From: a virus
IMG/VR virus record: IMGVR_UViG_3300044811_000020
Coordinates: 2,457 to 66,456 of that record
DNA: 64,000 bases
Strand: one strand, 5' to 3'
The translations under genes were made by a program, and so were the position numbers. How positions within the stretch are numbered: position 1 is the first letter of the stretch; every line of letters starts with the position of its first letter. Positions 1 to 7,772 of this stretch are shown here, one piece after another. The notes beneath the pieces were generated by a model. The model searched no databases. It worked only from the letters and a program-made list of their open reading frames with translations, and was not told where the DNA came from.

Positions 1-163
1 TGCGTATTAGTTCGCGATCGGTTTCCTCGAGTTGGACGTCATAGCCGGCGATGACCTTCTCCTTATCGGCTCGGCCCATCTGCAGGGCGGCGATCGTGGC
101 TTGCGCGACGTCTAACTGCCGGCGCAGCAGGCGGATGGTTACGGCGGGTTTCTCGCGCGCCAT
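1..163 (-). CDS. Hypothetical protein, runs off window (MAREKPAVTIRLLRRQ...)
   Basis: ATG at 163 overlaps the TGA of the exonuclease gene (TGATG); frame open to the window edge. Confidence 0.6.
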   Translation of the reverse strand, partial: MAREKPAVTIRLLRRQLDVAQATIAALQMGRADKEKVIAGYDVQLEETDRELIR

Positions 164-822
164 CACTCGCGGTCCTTTTTGTAATGGACCTTGGCCTCGG
201 GCATGTTGCCGGTCCGTTTGAGATAGCGCAGCAATTCCAGCGCGCCCTTGGCGTCGTTGATGGCGGAGTGATCGCCAAGGTTCTCGGAGCCGATGAAAAG
301 CAGTGCCTCGGACAGCGCCGGCCATTTGTATCCGCCGCGGTTGCCGCGGGGCGGAATCTTGCAGATATCCGTCATGGCTCGCATGGTGCAGATGTTCGGC
401 GAGTCCTCGAAACGGTCCTGCATGCCGGCGCGGCGGAGCTCGGCGCGCAACTGCTTCATATCGTGTTGCGAATTGTGGGCGACCATGATCCGGCCGTTGT
501 CGACGGCGCTCAGATACTCGTTGAGCGCTTCGGTCACCGGAACGCCGTGCTCGTTGAGGAATTCGACCGTGAGGCCGTGCGCCTTCTGGGCGCCCTCGGT
601 CATGGTGTAGTCGCTGACGTCCGGGCGGATGAATATTTGGCACTCGCGTTCGAGTTCCAAGTTCTCGTCGACATAGATGATCGCGAGCGAGGCCATGCGG
701 GGTTGGCCTGGCGCGTCGGCCGGCTGCTTGTAATCGAATAAACCTGTGCCTTCGGTGTCAAAGCAGGCATATCCCGGGTGCGGTGCGGTGGTGGGGGCTT
801 CGTTCTCAAAGTCGTCGCTCAT
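163..822 (-). CDS. DEDDh 3'-5' exonuclease (DnaQ/Pol III epsilon-like)
   Basis: ExoI FDTEGTG, ExoII VAHNSQHD, ExoIII HSAINDA; start moved to ATG 822 (MSDDF) behind a GGAG RBS. Confidence 0.9.
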   Translation of the reverse strand: MSDDFENEAPTTAPHPGYACFDTEGTGLFDYKQPADAPGQPRMASLAIIYVDENLELERECQIFIRPDVSDYTMTEGAQKAHGLTVEFLNEHGVPVTEALNEYLSAVDNGRIMVAHNSQHDMKQLRAELRRAGMQDRFEDSPNICTMRAMTDICKIPPRGNRGGYKWPALSEALLFIGSENLGDHSAINDAKGALELLRYLKRTGNMPEAKVHYKKDRE

Positions 823-880
823 AATGCTCTCCATGGGGGTTAGGTGGTCGTACAGAGGAGTTCCGTTTGGGTGCCCCAAA

Positions 881-1081
881 CTAGCCGGGGCGTCGATAAC
901 GCCAGCCGATGGCTTGCGCTGACGATTTATCCAGCCATCTGATCGTAGCTTCGGCCATCTCGTCGGCTTTGACAGTGTTTCCATACTCGGTGACGTACCA
1001 AACGGCTCGTTTGGCGGCTGCGGTGGCCATGATGGCGAAAAGTTCCGCTATGGCGTTCTGTGCGGTCTTGCTGCGTTGCAT
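881..1081 (-). CDS. Hypothetical protein (MQRSKTAQN...)
   Basis: TAATG overlap with the upstream gene; GAGG RBS. Confidence 0.6.
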   Translation of the reverse strand: MQRSKTAQNAIAELFAIMATAAAKRAVWYVTEYGNTVKADEMAEATIRWLDKSSAQAIGWRYRRPG

Positions 1082-1572
1082 TATGGTTCCTCGTAGGCTG
1101 ATGCGGGTGGCTCGGGTCGGTCGTCTAGCGGCGGGCCGTTGTCGTGCCGCCGGTTCCGTTCGTCGATCTCGGGCAATAGGGAAATGGCGTCGAAACCCAA
1201 GATGCGGGATAGGACGTAGAGTGCGCGGTTTTTGAAACGCTTGAATTCCTCTTCGCCAAGGGATGCGAAGTTGATGCTTTTCGGCAAAAATATCATCTGA
1301 CCGTCGGCCTTCATGACCGGCCGAACGTGGTTGCAGGCAATCTTTAGGGCATCGAGTAGCGAGTCGGTGTCGGGATAATCTTCTAGGTGCTCGCAAGCCA
1401 GTCGGAGAATGGCGAAGAAATGCCGGTGGTTCTCCGGGTGGCGAGGCTTGCGCCAGTCGACTAAAACCTCTTTGCCCTCTGGCAACGCCTGTAGCCATTC
1501 CTCGGCGACAAAATCCGCCGGGACGAGGCAATTGCCCTTTCGCAAAAATCCTTTCGCGTCTAAATCAGCCAT
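1081..1572 (-). CDS. DUF1367-family phage protein
   Basis: PRHPENHRHFFAIL and PKSINFASLGEEEF resemble DUF1367 motifs. Confidence 0.75.
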   Translation of the reverse strand: MADLDAKGFLRKGNCLVPADFVAEEWLQALPEGKEVLVDWRKPRHPENHRHFFAILRLACEHLEDYPDTDSLLDALKIACNHVRPVMKADGQMIFLPKSINFASLGEEEFKRFKNRALYVLSRILGFDAISLLPEIDERNRRHDNGPPLDDRPEPPASAYEEP

Positions 1573-2209
1573 TAGGTGGCTCCGAGATGGCGCGATCAAG
1601 CGGCCATCCGCGCCGAATGCGCAGCGCGACTAGGCCGTAATCTGCGCCAGCGATCTCTACCGCCTCGGCCAAACACATATCCCGGCCGTGGTAATGCACG
1701 ATTTTGTTTGACCGCGTATTGCGGGCCTGCGTTTTTTTGGTGGCCCACACGCAATTGCCGGGGGAATACCCTTCCCCATTTTTCTCCCGCTCTATCGTCA
1801 TCATGGGAGACGGCTTCTTGCCCATATCGGCCAAGAAAAGATCAAACGAGTTGCGCCAGCGATCACACACCGCGATGCCTCGCCCTCCGTATGCGTGGAA
1901 TCTTGCGTTGTTTGGATTTTTACAGCGGTCAATCATATTGGCCCATGATCGATATTCTGGGCTAACTCCATCTGCCGCGGCATGGCCGTGGCGGCGCCTC
2001 GGGTTCCCGGCCTTTGCGTGGGCTATGCGTTCGCATTTGCAGGATTTTTGCTTGCCGCTTCTCAATTTGTCTCCATAGGTTGCGGATTCGTTGCCGCAAT
2101 CGCAACGGTATCGCCACCTGGCACTCCCATCTTTTGAATTTTCCGCTCTCGCGGTGACAGTTATTTTGCCAACGCGAAAGCCAACCATGTCAATGAAGTT
2201 GTATTTCAC
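1565..2209 (-). CDS. Free-standing HNH-type homing endonuclease (YGGRGI family)
   Basis: CDCG...KSCKC N-terminus; EYRSWANMIDRC, YGGRGIAVCDRW, GYSPGNCVWAT. Confidence 0.85.
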   Translation of the reverse strand: MKYNFIDMVGFRVGKITVTARAENSKDGSARWRYRCDCGNESATYGDKLRSGKQKSCKCERIAHAKAGNPRRRHGHAAADGVSPEYRSWANMIDRCKNPNNARFHAYGGRGIAVCDRWRNSFDLFLADMGKKPSPMMTIEREKNGEGYSPGNCVWATKKTQARNTRSNKIVHYHGRDMCLAEAVEIAGADYGLVALRIRRGWPLDRAISEPPNG

Positions 2210-3630
2210 GGCTCAAGCCTCTTGGAATGCTTGCGATAGATGCCTTGCGCCTCCTCGACGTCCGGCGGAAACATTCCCTCCAGTTTGGGCTCTATCCGAT
2301 CCACCCAGACATTTTCCAGATCCTCGGGCTCGGTGACGGCGGCTAGCGTCGCCTCCACCCATTTCAGGACGTCCTCGGGGTTGTCGCTGGGCGGCGCGCC
2401 AAGGGACTGATCCAACTGATCGTTGGCTGGCCCGTCCTCCATATCCGACGGCTCGGCCTTCTTTGGCGCGGGCTTCTTCGCTGCCTTCTCGGCGGCCTTC
2501 GCCTGTGCATCGCGCAGGCTCTGCATGGTCGCCTCGATCGTCTTTCGGACGGTCGCGTAAACCGATGGTTTCTTCTGCTCGAGCCGTTTGAGCGGGCCGG
2601 TCTGCGGGTCTTTGCTGTCTGCGGTGGTGAAGTCCTTCGTATTTTCATCGATCCATTTATAGACCGTGGCGGTGTCCTCTGATGTCTTAACGAGGTCGGA
2701 AAACTTCTCGGCCCAACTCTCGAACGTGTGGCCGGCGCCGGGGATGCGGTGCGGCTTCGGGCCGGGGTCTTTAAACCCATCTTTCCGCAGTGGCGTTCCG
2801 ACCGGATCAGCCATTGATCCCGATCCCATCTTGTCGATCGGAGCGGCCTTGGGCGTGGTGCGCGGCGGGCCGCTGCTGATCGGGTCCTCCTTTGGCGGCG
2901 TTTTGGCCTCGCGCGGGGGCGGGTCTCCGTCGCGGACGTCCTCAGCCTCGATGACCGGCGGTTCGGTCTGCTCCGTGGTCGTCTCGGCAGGCTTGGTGAT
3001 CTGGCGCGGCGGGCCTGCGTCGCGGTTCGGATCGATTTCGGCGATCTTCTGGCCTTCATCCTCGTCGTAGATGCCGGAGAATCCGAACGCATAGCGCGCA
3101 GCCTGGATGAGCGCCTTGTGGCGCAGCATGCGGTGTTTCATCTTCCACGGGTCGGTCGATCGGACACATTCAGCATAATATTCGGTAACCACGACGGGAT
3201 GCGTGCGGTCCTTCCGATACATGCTGCAGGTGCAGGAAATCAGTTTGTCGCCGTCGTGTTCCATTTCGAAGCTAAAACCGTCGCACTGGCCCTGCGCGTT
3301 GACGAGGTTAACCCAGCCGTCGACGGATACGATCGGCACGATGCCGCCACCGCGCGAGGGAAATGCATAGATTTCTTTCGTCAGCGGATTGAGGTTGTAT
3401 TCCTTCGCGACCATGAGGAACGCGGCGAACTGAGCCGGAGCGCAGTCCTTCGGGACTACGGTGGCGCGCAGGGCCGCCTCGAAAGCTGGCGGCTCCATGT
3501 GGAAGCGGTCGGCCATATCCGTGATGACGGATTTAACCGCGCGCGGCTGGTCGATAACGGTCATCTCGGTCGATTTGGTCGCCATTGTATCGTCCTTCGG
3601 TTTGTTTTTTGAACCCTTTGGCCTAGGCAT
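2206..3630 (-). CDS. bet: Bet/RecT-family single-strand annealing recombinase with long C-terminal extension
   Basis: FLMVAKEYNLNPLTKEIYAFP...IVSVDGW...RMLRHKALIQAARYAFGFSGIYDEDE matches lambda Red-beta. Confidence 0.93.
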   Translation of the reverse strand: MPRPKGSKNKPKDDTMATKSTEMTVIDQPRAVKSVITDMADRFHMEPPAFEAALRATVVPKDCAPAQFAAFLMVAKEYNLNPLTKEIYAFPSRGGGIVPIVSVDGWVNLVNAQGQCDGFSFEMEHDGDKLISCTCSMYRKDRTHPVVVTEYYAECVRSTDPWKMKHRMLRHKALIQAARYAFGFSGIYDEDEGQKIAEIDPNRDAGPPRQITKPAETTTEQTEPPVIEAEDVRDGDPPPREAKTPPKEDPISSGPPRTTPKAAPIDKMGSGSMADPVGTPLRKDGFKDPGPKPHRIPGAGHTFESWAEKFSDLVKTSEDTATVYKWIDENTKDFTTADSKDPQTGPLKRLEQKKPSVYATVRKTIEATMQSLRDAQAKAAEKAAKKPAPKKAEPSDMEDGPANDQLDQSLGAPPSDNPEDVLKWVEATLAAVTEPEDLENVWVDRIEPKLEGMFPPDVEEAQGIYRKHSKRLEP

Positions 3631-3639
3631 ATTATTCCC

Positions 3640-4587
3640 CTATCGGATGTCGGCTTTTTCCTCGACGGTGGCGCCGATCGCCACGAAACCTGCGGTGACC
3701 GTCTTTTGAGATAGGTCAAGCAGGAACGCATAAAGTTCGGGATCGTCGCGGAATTGTGCGAATGCCTTATCGATGTCGATGGCGGTCACAACCTTTTTGA
3801 GTTGGACTGATGCAGCGCGGCCGCTCGCGCCCTTGATCTTGGTCGATGGAGCCGGAGTATTCTGCGGAGGAGGCGGAGGGGCTGGCTTCCCCGCCTCCTC
3901 CGCTTCGCGCGCGGCCTTCGCTGCTTCGTCAGCGGCGCGGTGCGCGTTATCTCGTTTCACATCTTCCCACTTCCCCATCGCCTTGCGCAATGCGTCCGCG
4001 GCGTCGGCGGCCTCGTCGCGGAGCGGAAACCAGACCTTGCGAATCCGTTGCTGCTCGTCGAGGAGCGGGCGGTTCAATGCCTCATAGGCCTTCGTGGCCT
4101 TCCCGCTCAAGCCTGTGAGCGCGCTGCGGAGCGTCTGCGCCTTGGCGGACTGCTCGTCGCTGTCGATCGACGCATAAGCGGCCAAGCCAGCCTTGGCGGC
4201 GGCGATCTCGGCAGCGAGTGATCCGGCCGGGTCGGCCTCGGGATCAATCTCCGGTCCCTTGGCTGCTGCGGCTGCGCCAGCGTCCTCGTCATCCCATCGG
4301 CCGTGATCCATGAAATTCCAGTATGTCATGGCCGATATCGGATTGCGGGAGACGTAAGGCCACATCTCGAGCGCGCGCTGCATGTTGATGCTCTTGCCGT
4401 TTACCTGGCAGCGGAGCTCGCCTGTGTGTTCGTCGGCCCAATAGGCCACGGCCTGATATGGTCCCTGCGTGCGCCGGTCCTTGCCCTGCTCGCGCTGGCG
4501 GTAAAAACCGTGCATCGGCTCGCCATCGAATATCGGACCGCGGATGCCTTTCAGCGCGTTCTCGTGCCAAGTGAAATCGCTACCCAT
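3640..4587 (-). CDS. Conserved phage hypothetical protein, coiled-coil C-terminal half
   Basis: Long ORF; start at MGSDFTW with AAGGA RBS, overlapping the upstream gene end. Confidence 0.75.
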   Translation of the reverse strand: MGSDFTWHENALKGIRGPIFDGEPMHGFYRQREQGKDRRTQGPYQAVAYWADEHTGELRCQVNGKSINMQRALEMWPYVSRNPISAMTYWNFMDHGRWDDEDAGAAAAAKGPEIDPEADPAGSLAAEIAAAKAGLAAYASIDSDEQSAKAQTLRSALTGLSGKATKAYEALNRPLLDEQQRIRKVWFPLRDEAADAADALRKAMGKWEDVKRDNAHRAADEAAKAAREAEEAGKPAPPPPPQNTPAPSTKIKGASGRAASVQLKKVVTAIDIDKAFAQFRDDPELYAFLLDLSQKTVTAGFVAIGATVEEKADIR

Positions 4588-4993
4588 TGAATTTGCGTCC
4601 TTTCGGGAATGGTCGGCTCGGTATTTTCTGCCGCTGCTCTTTTGGTCTGCGCGGCTTGATTGTGGTCCGCTGTTTTTTTGGTTTGCCGCCCTTGCCTCCA
4701 AATTGAGTGTAGTAGTCAACGGCGAGAGAGAATGGATCGCGGCGCGTCCTGCGCCACCAGTCGCTCTCGTTGCCGTAGGCGTGTTGGCCGTCATGACACC
4801 ATCGGCACAACGGCACGGCCCATTTATCGTCCGGCTTCCGTCCTGCTCCAGTCAGCGGCTTATCGTGACGGTCTGATGCTGACCGGATATGTGCGGGATC
4901 GCACGGAGGCGGCTTCCCGCAAACGATGCAGTACCTAGTCTTGAGCCAGTCGAGATATGGCCGATCATAGAGTCTTGGTCTCCGCTGGGTCAT
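4580..4993 (-). CDS. DUF968-like zinc/HNH nuclease-domain protein
   Basis: YLDWLKTRYCIVCG...DPAHI...DDKWAVPLCRWCH; ATGA overlap at 4990-4993. Confidence 0.8.
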   Translation of the reverse strand: MTQRRPRLYDRPYLDWLKTRYCIVCGKPPPCDPAHIRSASDRHDKPLTGAGRKPDDKWAVPLCRWCHDGQHAYGNESDWWRRTRRDPFSLAVDYYTQFGGKGGKPKKQRTTIKPRRPKEQRQKIPSRPFPKGRKFNG

Positions 4994-5097
4994 CGATTCG
5001 CTATGTTGTAAAGCCATGTGATCAGCACGGCGTTGACGAGAAAGAACACGGCCACGCGCAGCAGGCGGGTGTGGAGGGACGGGCGGCGGGCGTTCAT
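4990..5097 (-). CDS. 35-aa membrane peptide
   Basis: MNARRPSLHTRLLRVAVFFLVNAVLITWLYNIANR; ATGA overlaps at both ends. Confidence 0.6.
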   Translation of the reverse strand: MNARRPSLHTRLLRVAVFFLVNAVLITWLYNIANR

Positions 5098-5246
5098 AGC
5101 GGCAACGAAAATAGAAAGCCGAAAACAGAGAACAGCGTGACGTAGCCTTCTAAACTGGTAAATTTTCGGTCGGGCTTTGCCATAGATTCAAGTGCCGATG
5201 AAATGAATATCCCTGCCAGCACTATTGCCCATGCGATCGATTTCAT
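5094..5246 (-). CDS. 50-aa two-helix membrane peptide
   Basis: MKSIAWAIVLAGIFISSA...YVTLFSVFGFLFSLPL; GGAGG RBS; ATGA overlaps. Confidence 0.6.
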   Translation of the reverse strand: MKSIAWAIVLAGIFISSALESMAKPDRKFTSLEGYVTLFSVFGFLFSLPL

Positions 5247-5437
5247 TTCTTCCTCCGATTGCCCTTGGCCGGCTTGTTCTTCATGCGAGCGGCTGTCGCC
5301 TTGACCTTCTGCTCGAGCACTTCCTTGCCCGCAGCGGCGGCCTTGCGGATGCCGGTGGTGATCTTGGCGTTCTCGGCAAAGCGGGCCTCGCGCATCTCGC
5401 GCAGAGCTCGCTCTCGCGGTCCCGGTTCTTTGCTCAT
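5243..5437 (-). CDS. Small basic protein (MSKEPGPRERALREM...)
   Basis: ATGA-coupled ORF in the chain. Confidence 0.65.
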   Translation of the reverse strand: MSKEPGPRERALREMREARFAENAKITTGIRKAAAAGKEVLEQKVKATAARMKNKPAKGNRRKK

Positions 5438-5556
5438 GCCGGCACCGCTACCCATGCGAGGATCATGCAAACGAGGAGGATGGCGACGCAGCCATAATAG
5501 GCGACGGTCCGGCCAACATAGGCGAGGGCGTCCAGCGCGTTCGGTTCGTACCTCAC
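5434..5556 (-). CDS. 40-aa membrane peptide
   Basis: GTG start with GGAGG RBS; YYGCVAILLVCMILAWVAVPA. Confidence 0.6.
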   Translation of the reverse strand: MRYEPNALDALAYVGRTVAYYGCVAILLVCMILAWVAVPA

Positions 5557-5729
5557 TTGAGCCTCCCAAGTTTCTCCACGACGTCGCGAATGGCGTCGTT
5601 GTAACCCTGCTGATAAAGATTATCAGGCGGTCTTATTTCTCTGATCCGGTGGATTTCTGCGGTCTTGATGCAGAAATCTATGGTGCTGCGCTTCACGTCG
5701 TCGGCCAACTTGTCGAGAACATCTTTCAC
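5553..5729 (-). CDS. 58-aa hypothetical protein
   Basis: GTGA overlaps; MKDVLDKLADDVKRS... Confidence 0.6.
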   Translation of the reverse strand: MKDVLDKLADDVKRSTIDFCIKTAEIHRIREIRPPDNLYQQGYNDAIRDVVEKLGRLK

Positions 5730-5815
5730 AGCAAAACTCCCAAGCTGAAAAGGATCGTGATCCCGGTCATGGCGCTGGCGATCATCCAGTATTGGATATG
5801 CTCGGAGGAGGTCAT
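5726..5815 (-). CDS. 29-aa membrane peptide
   Basis: AGGAGG RBS; MTSSEHIQYWMIASAMTGITILFSLGVLL. Confidence 0.55.
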   Translation of the reverse strand: MTSSEHIQYWMIASAMTGITILFSLGVLL

Positions 5816-5819
5816 TGCC

Positions 5820-6011
5820 TTAACCCTCCTTCTTGATGGATCTTTTCAGATCGTAGCATGCGGCGTTGACCGCGAATTTTCGATTGCTGAACCGACGGGT
5901 ATTCAGGGCCGCGTCGACAAGGAAGTGGCCCTGCGGGTGTTGAACCACAAACGTCTTATCGGACTGTTCATGGATCGAATAACCGACTGGCAGGGTTGGT
6001 GAGATGTGCAT
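5820..6011 (-). CDS. First gene of the leftward early operon, hypothetical
   Basis: MHISPTLP... behind a GGGAG RBS and the leftward promoter. Confidence 0.7.
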   Translation of the reverse strand: MHISPTLPVGYSIHEQSDKTFVVQHPQGHFLVDAALNTRRFSNRKFAVNAACYDLKRSIKKEG

Positions 6012-6027
6012 GTCATTCTCCCGGTTG

Positions 6028-6045
6028 GGTTGAGGCTGCGCCTCG
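6028..6045 (-). repeat. 18-nt leader motif CGAGGCGCAGCCTCAACC, copy 1 (GAGGC-GCA-GCCTC hairpin)
   Basis: Exact copy at 14817-14834 (+); both lie between a sigma70 promoter and a GGGAG RBS. Confidence 0.85.
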
Positions 6046-6058
6046 GGTTGATATCGCG

Positions 6059-6107
6059 ATAGTACCGAACGATTTCGGGTTGTCAATATCCATTTTGCGG
6101 TTATATT
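6059..6107. promoter_or_regulatory. Divergent sigma70 promoters with overlapping -35 boxes; palindrome CCGAA-N4-TTCGG
   Basis: Minus: TTGACA(6086-6081)-N16-TACTAT(6064-6059); plus: TTGTCA(6080-6085)-N16-TATATT(6102-6107). Confidence 0.85.
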
Positions 6108-6114
6108 CGGGAAT

Positions 6115-6348
6115 ATGAAAAAGGCAACGAACCTCGACGGATACAATCTGGCCCTCTCCCATTTCTACGTTAACGGCAGCCGCCACGGTGCCAAGAGCCG
6201 GATGGCGGAAGCGCTGGGCGTGAGTCGTGCCGTGGCGGACAGTTGGGAGCGCAACGGAATCCCGCTGAAATATATTCCAAAGCTGAAAGAACTGACCGGC
6301 CTCAAGGGGCGGGAAATCGTCCCTGAATTGGCGCGGTTGCTGGATTAG
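6115..6348 (+). CDS. Cro/YdaS-like HTH regulator
   Basis: SRMAEALGVSRAVADSW...GIP HTH; first gene of the rightward operon. Confidence 0.8.
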   Translation: MKKATNLDGYNLALSHFYVNGSRHGAKSRMAEALGVSRAVADSWERNGIPLKYIPKLKELTGLKGREIVPELARLLD

Positions 6349-6385
6349 TTTATAGACGGCCTCCCCCAACCCGAAAGGAAACCAC

Positions 6386-7177
6386 GTGGTTCGCAGCAAA
6401 GTATCGAAGAATGACAACATCGTTGACCCGAAGCTCAAGCGTACCTTTATCGAGATGAGGGACCATTTCCAGACCCTCGACGATCGGGCCAAGGGCGCGG
6501 CGGCCAAACGCCGGCAGTATCTGGCTGAGGTAAAAGAGGCCGGATATTCGCTGCAGCAGATCAAGATTTCGCTGCTACTTCAAACCCCCGAGGGCGAGGC
6601 CGAGTTCAAGGCGGAGATGGCCAACCGGCTCCTCGCTGCGGCTTATTCGGATGCGGATATCGGTGAGCAGCTTTCCCTGTTCCTAGATGGTGATCGTACG
6701 CCGGCGGCTGATCGGGCTTACAAAGAGGGCCAGACGCTCGCGATGAAAAACGAGGCGATGGTCTGCACCAAATATGCGCCCGAAACGGACCAATATGCGG
6801 CTTTCGTTTCCGGATATCAGGACGAGCAGGAGCGCCAAGTTAAGGCCGGGATTGGGAAACTCGACGCCAAAGAGGCCAAAAAGAACGCGAAGGGCTCCAA
6901 AGCCAAGCCCGCGAAGGCCGCCAAGCCGGGTAAGAAACGGGGCCGCCCTGCCAAATCGGCCGCGGAAGCCCCTGCGGAGGCCAACGGCGCGCGTCTGATT
7001 ACCAAGGCCGAGAAGGAGGCCAAGGCGGCCGCCCGTGCACCCAAGGCTGACGTTGGGCCGCCTCGGTGCCCTGCGGCTCAACCGGTGACCCGTGCGACGC
7101 TGGCGGCGCAGAAGGCCGCGGCAAAGGAGGAAGCGGACAGCTATTTCAGTCGGGCTGAGCCGAAGGGTAATGCCTGA
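6386..7177 (+). CDS. Putative nucleoid-associated protein (GapR-like N-terminus, K/A-rich tail with AT-hook)
   Basis: RRQYLAEVKEAGYSLQQIK resembles the DUF2312 core; KKRGRPAK; AAGGA RBS with GTG start. Confidence 0.5.
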   Translation: MVRSKVSKNDNIVDPKLKRTFIEMRDHFQTLDDRAKGAAAKRRQYLAEVKEAGYSLQQIKISLLLQTPEGEAEFKAEMANRLLAAAYSDADIGEQLSLFLDGDRTPAADRAYKEGQTLAMKNEAMVCTKYAPETDQYAAFVSGYQDEQERQVKAGIGKLDAKEAKKNAKGSKAKPAKAAKPGKKRGRPAKSAAEAPAEANGARLITKAEKEAKAAARAPKADVGPPRCPAAQPVTRATLAAQKAAAKEEADSYFSRAEPKGNA

Positions 7178-7680
7178 TGGCCCGAACGAACCATGGGTGG
7201 TCTGAAACTCCGACTTATCGGAGTTGGCAGCATATGAATTCCCGGTGCCGGAACCCGAATTTCCCTGGCTACAACGAGTATGGCGGCAGCGGGATAAAGG
7301 TATGCGATCGGTGGAGAAATTTTCAGAATTTCTTGGCCGATATGGGGCCGCGCCCTCCCGGTAAAACATTGGATCGATATCCCAATGGGGCGGGGAACTA
7401 TGAGCCGGGCAACTGCCGCTGGGCTACCGTAGACGAGCAATTAGTCAACCGTTGCAACACCATCCACCTTACGATCGACGGGGTAACCAAGCCCTTTGTT
7501 GATTGGCAACGCGAATCTGGGCTGGCCCGACATGTGATCTATGTTCGTCTCATGTCGGGATGGCCTCATAAGGACGCTGTATTCAAGCCGCCGCGTCAGT
7601 ATGTGAAATCTGGAATCTATAACGGACGCATCGCACGTCGACGCGCAGCACGTGAGCAAATTTGCAGTGGCCCGAACTGA
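7177..7680 (+). CDS. HNH-type homing endonuclease (YGGRGI family)
   Basis: TYRSWQHMNSRC, YGGSGIKVCDRW, GNYEPGNCRWAT. Confidence 0.85.
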   Translation: MARTNHGWSETPTYRSWQHMNSRCRNPNFPGYNEYGGSGIKVCDRWRNFQNFLADMGPRPPGKTLDRYPNGAGNYEPGNCRWATVDEQLVNRCNTIHLTIDGVTKPFVDWQRESGLARHVIYVRLMSGWPHKDAVFKPPRQYVKSGIYNGRIARRRAAREQICSGPN

Positions 7681-7724
7681 CGGGCCTCAAACTGTCGGGA
7701 CGACTGTAAGCGTCCGCTGTGACG

Positions 7725-7757
7725 GCGGCCTCGGGGAAACCCGGGGCCGCTTGCTTT
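7725..7757 (+). terminator. Rho-independent terminator-like hairpin
   Basis: GCGGCCTCGGG-GAAA-CCCGGGGCCGC then TTGCTTT. Confidence 0.7.
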
Positions 7758-7772
7758 AAGTAGGAGAGCATC

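Noticed and set aside
5259-6002. 247-aa + strand ORF
   Set aside because: Opposes a chain of RBS-bearing, overlap-coupled minus-strand genes downstream of a strong leftward promoter
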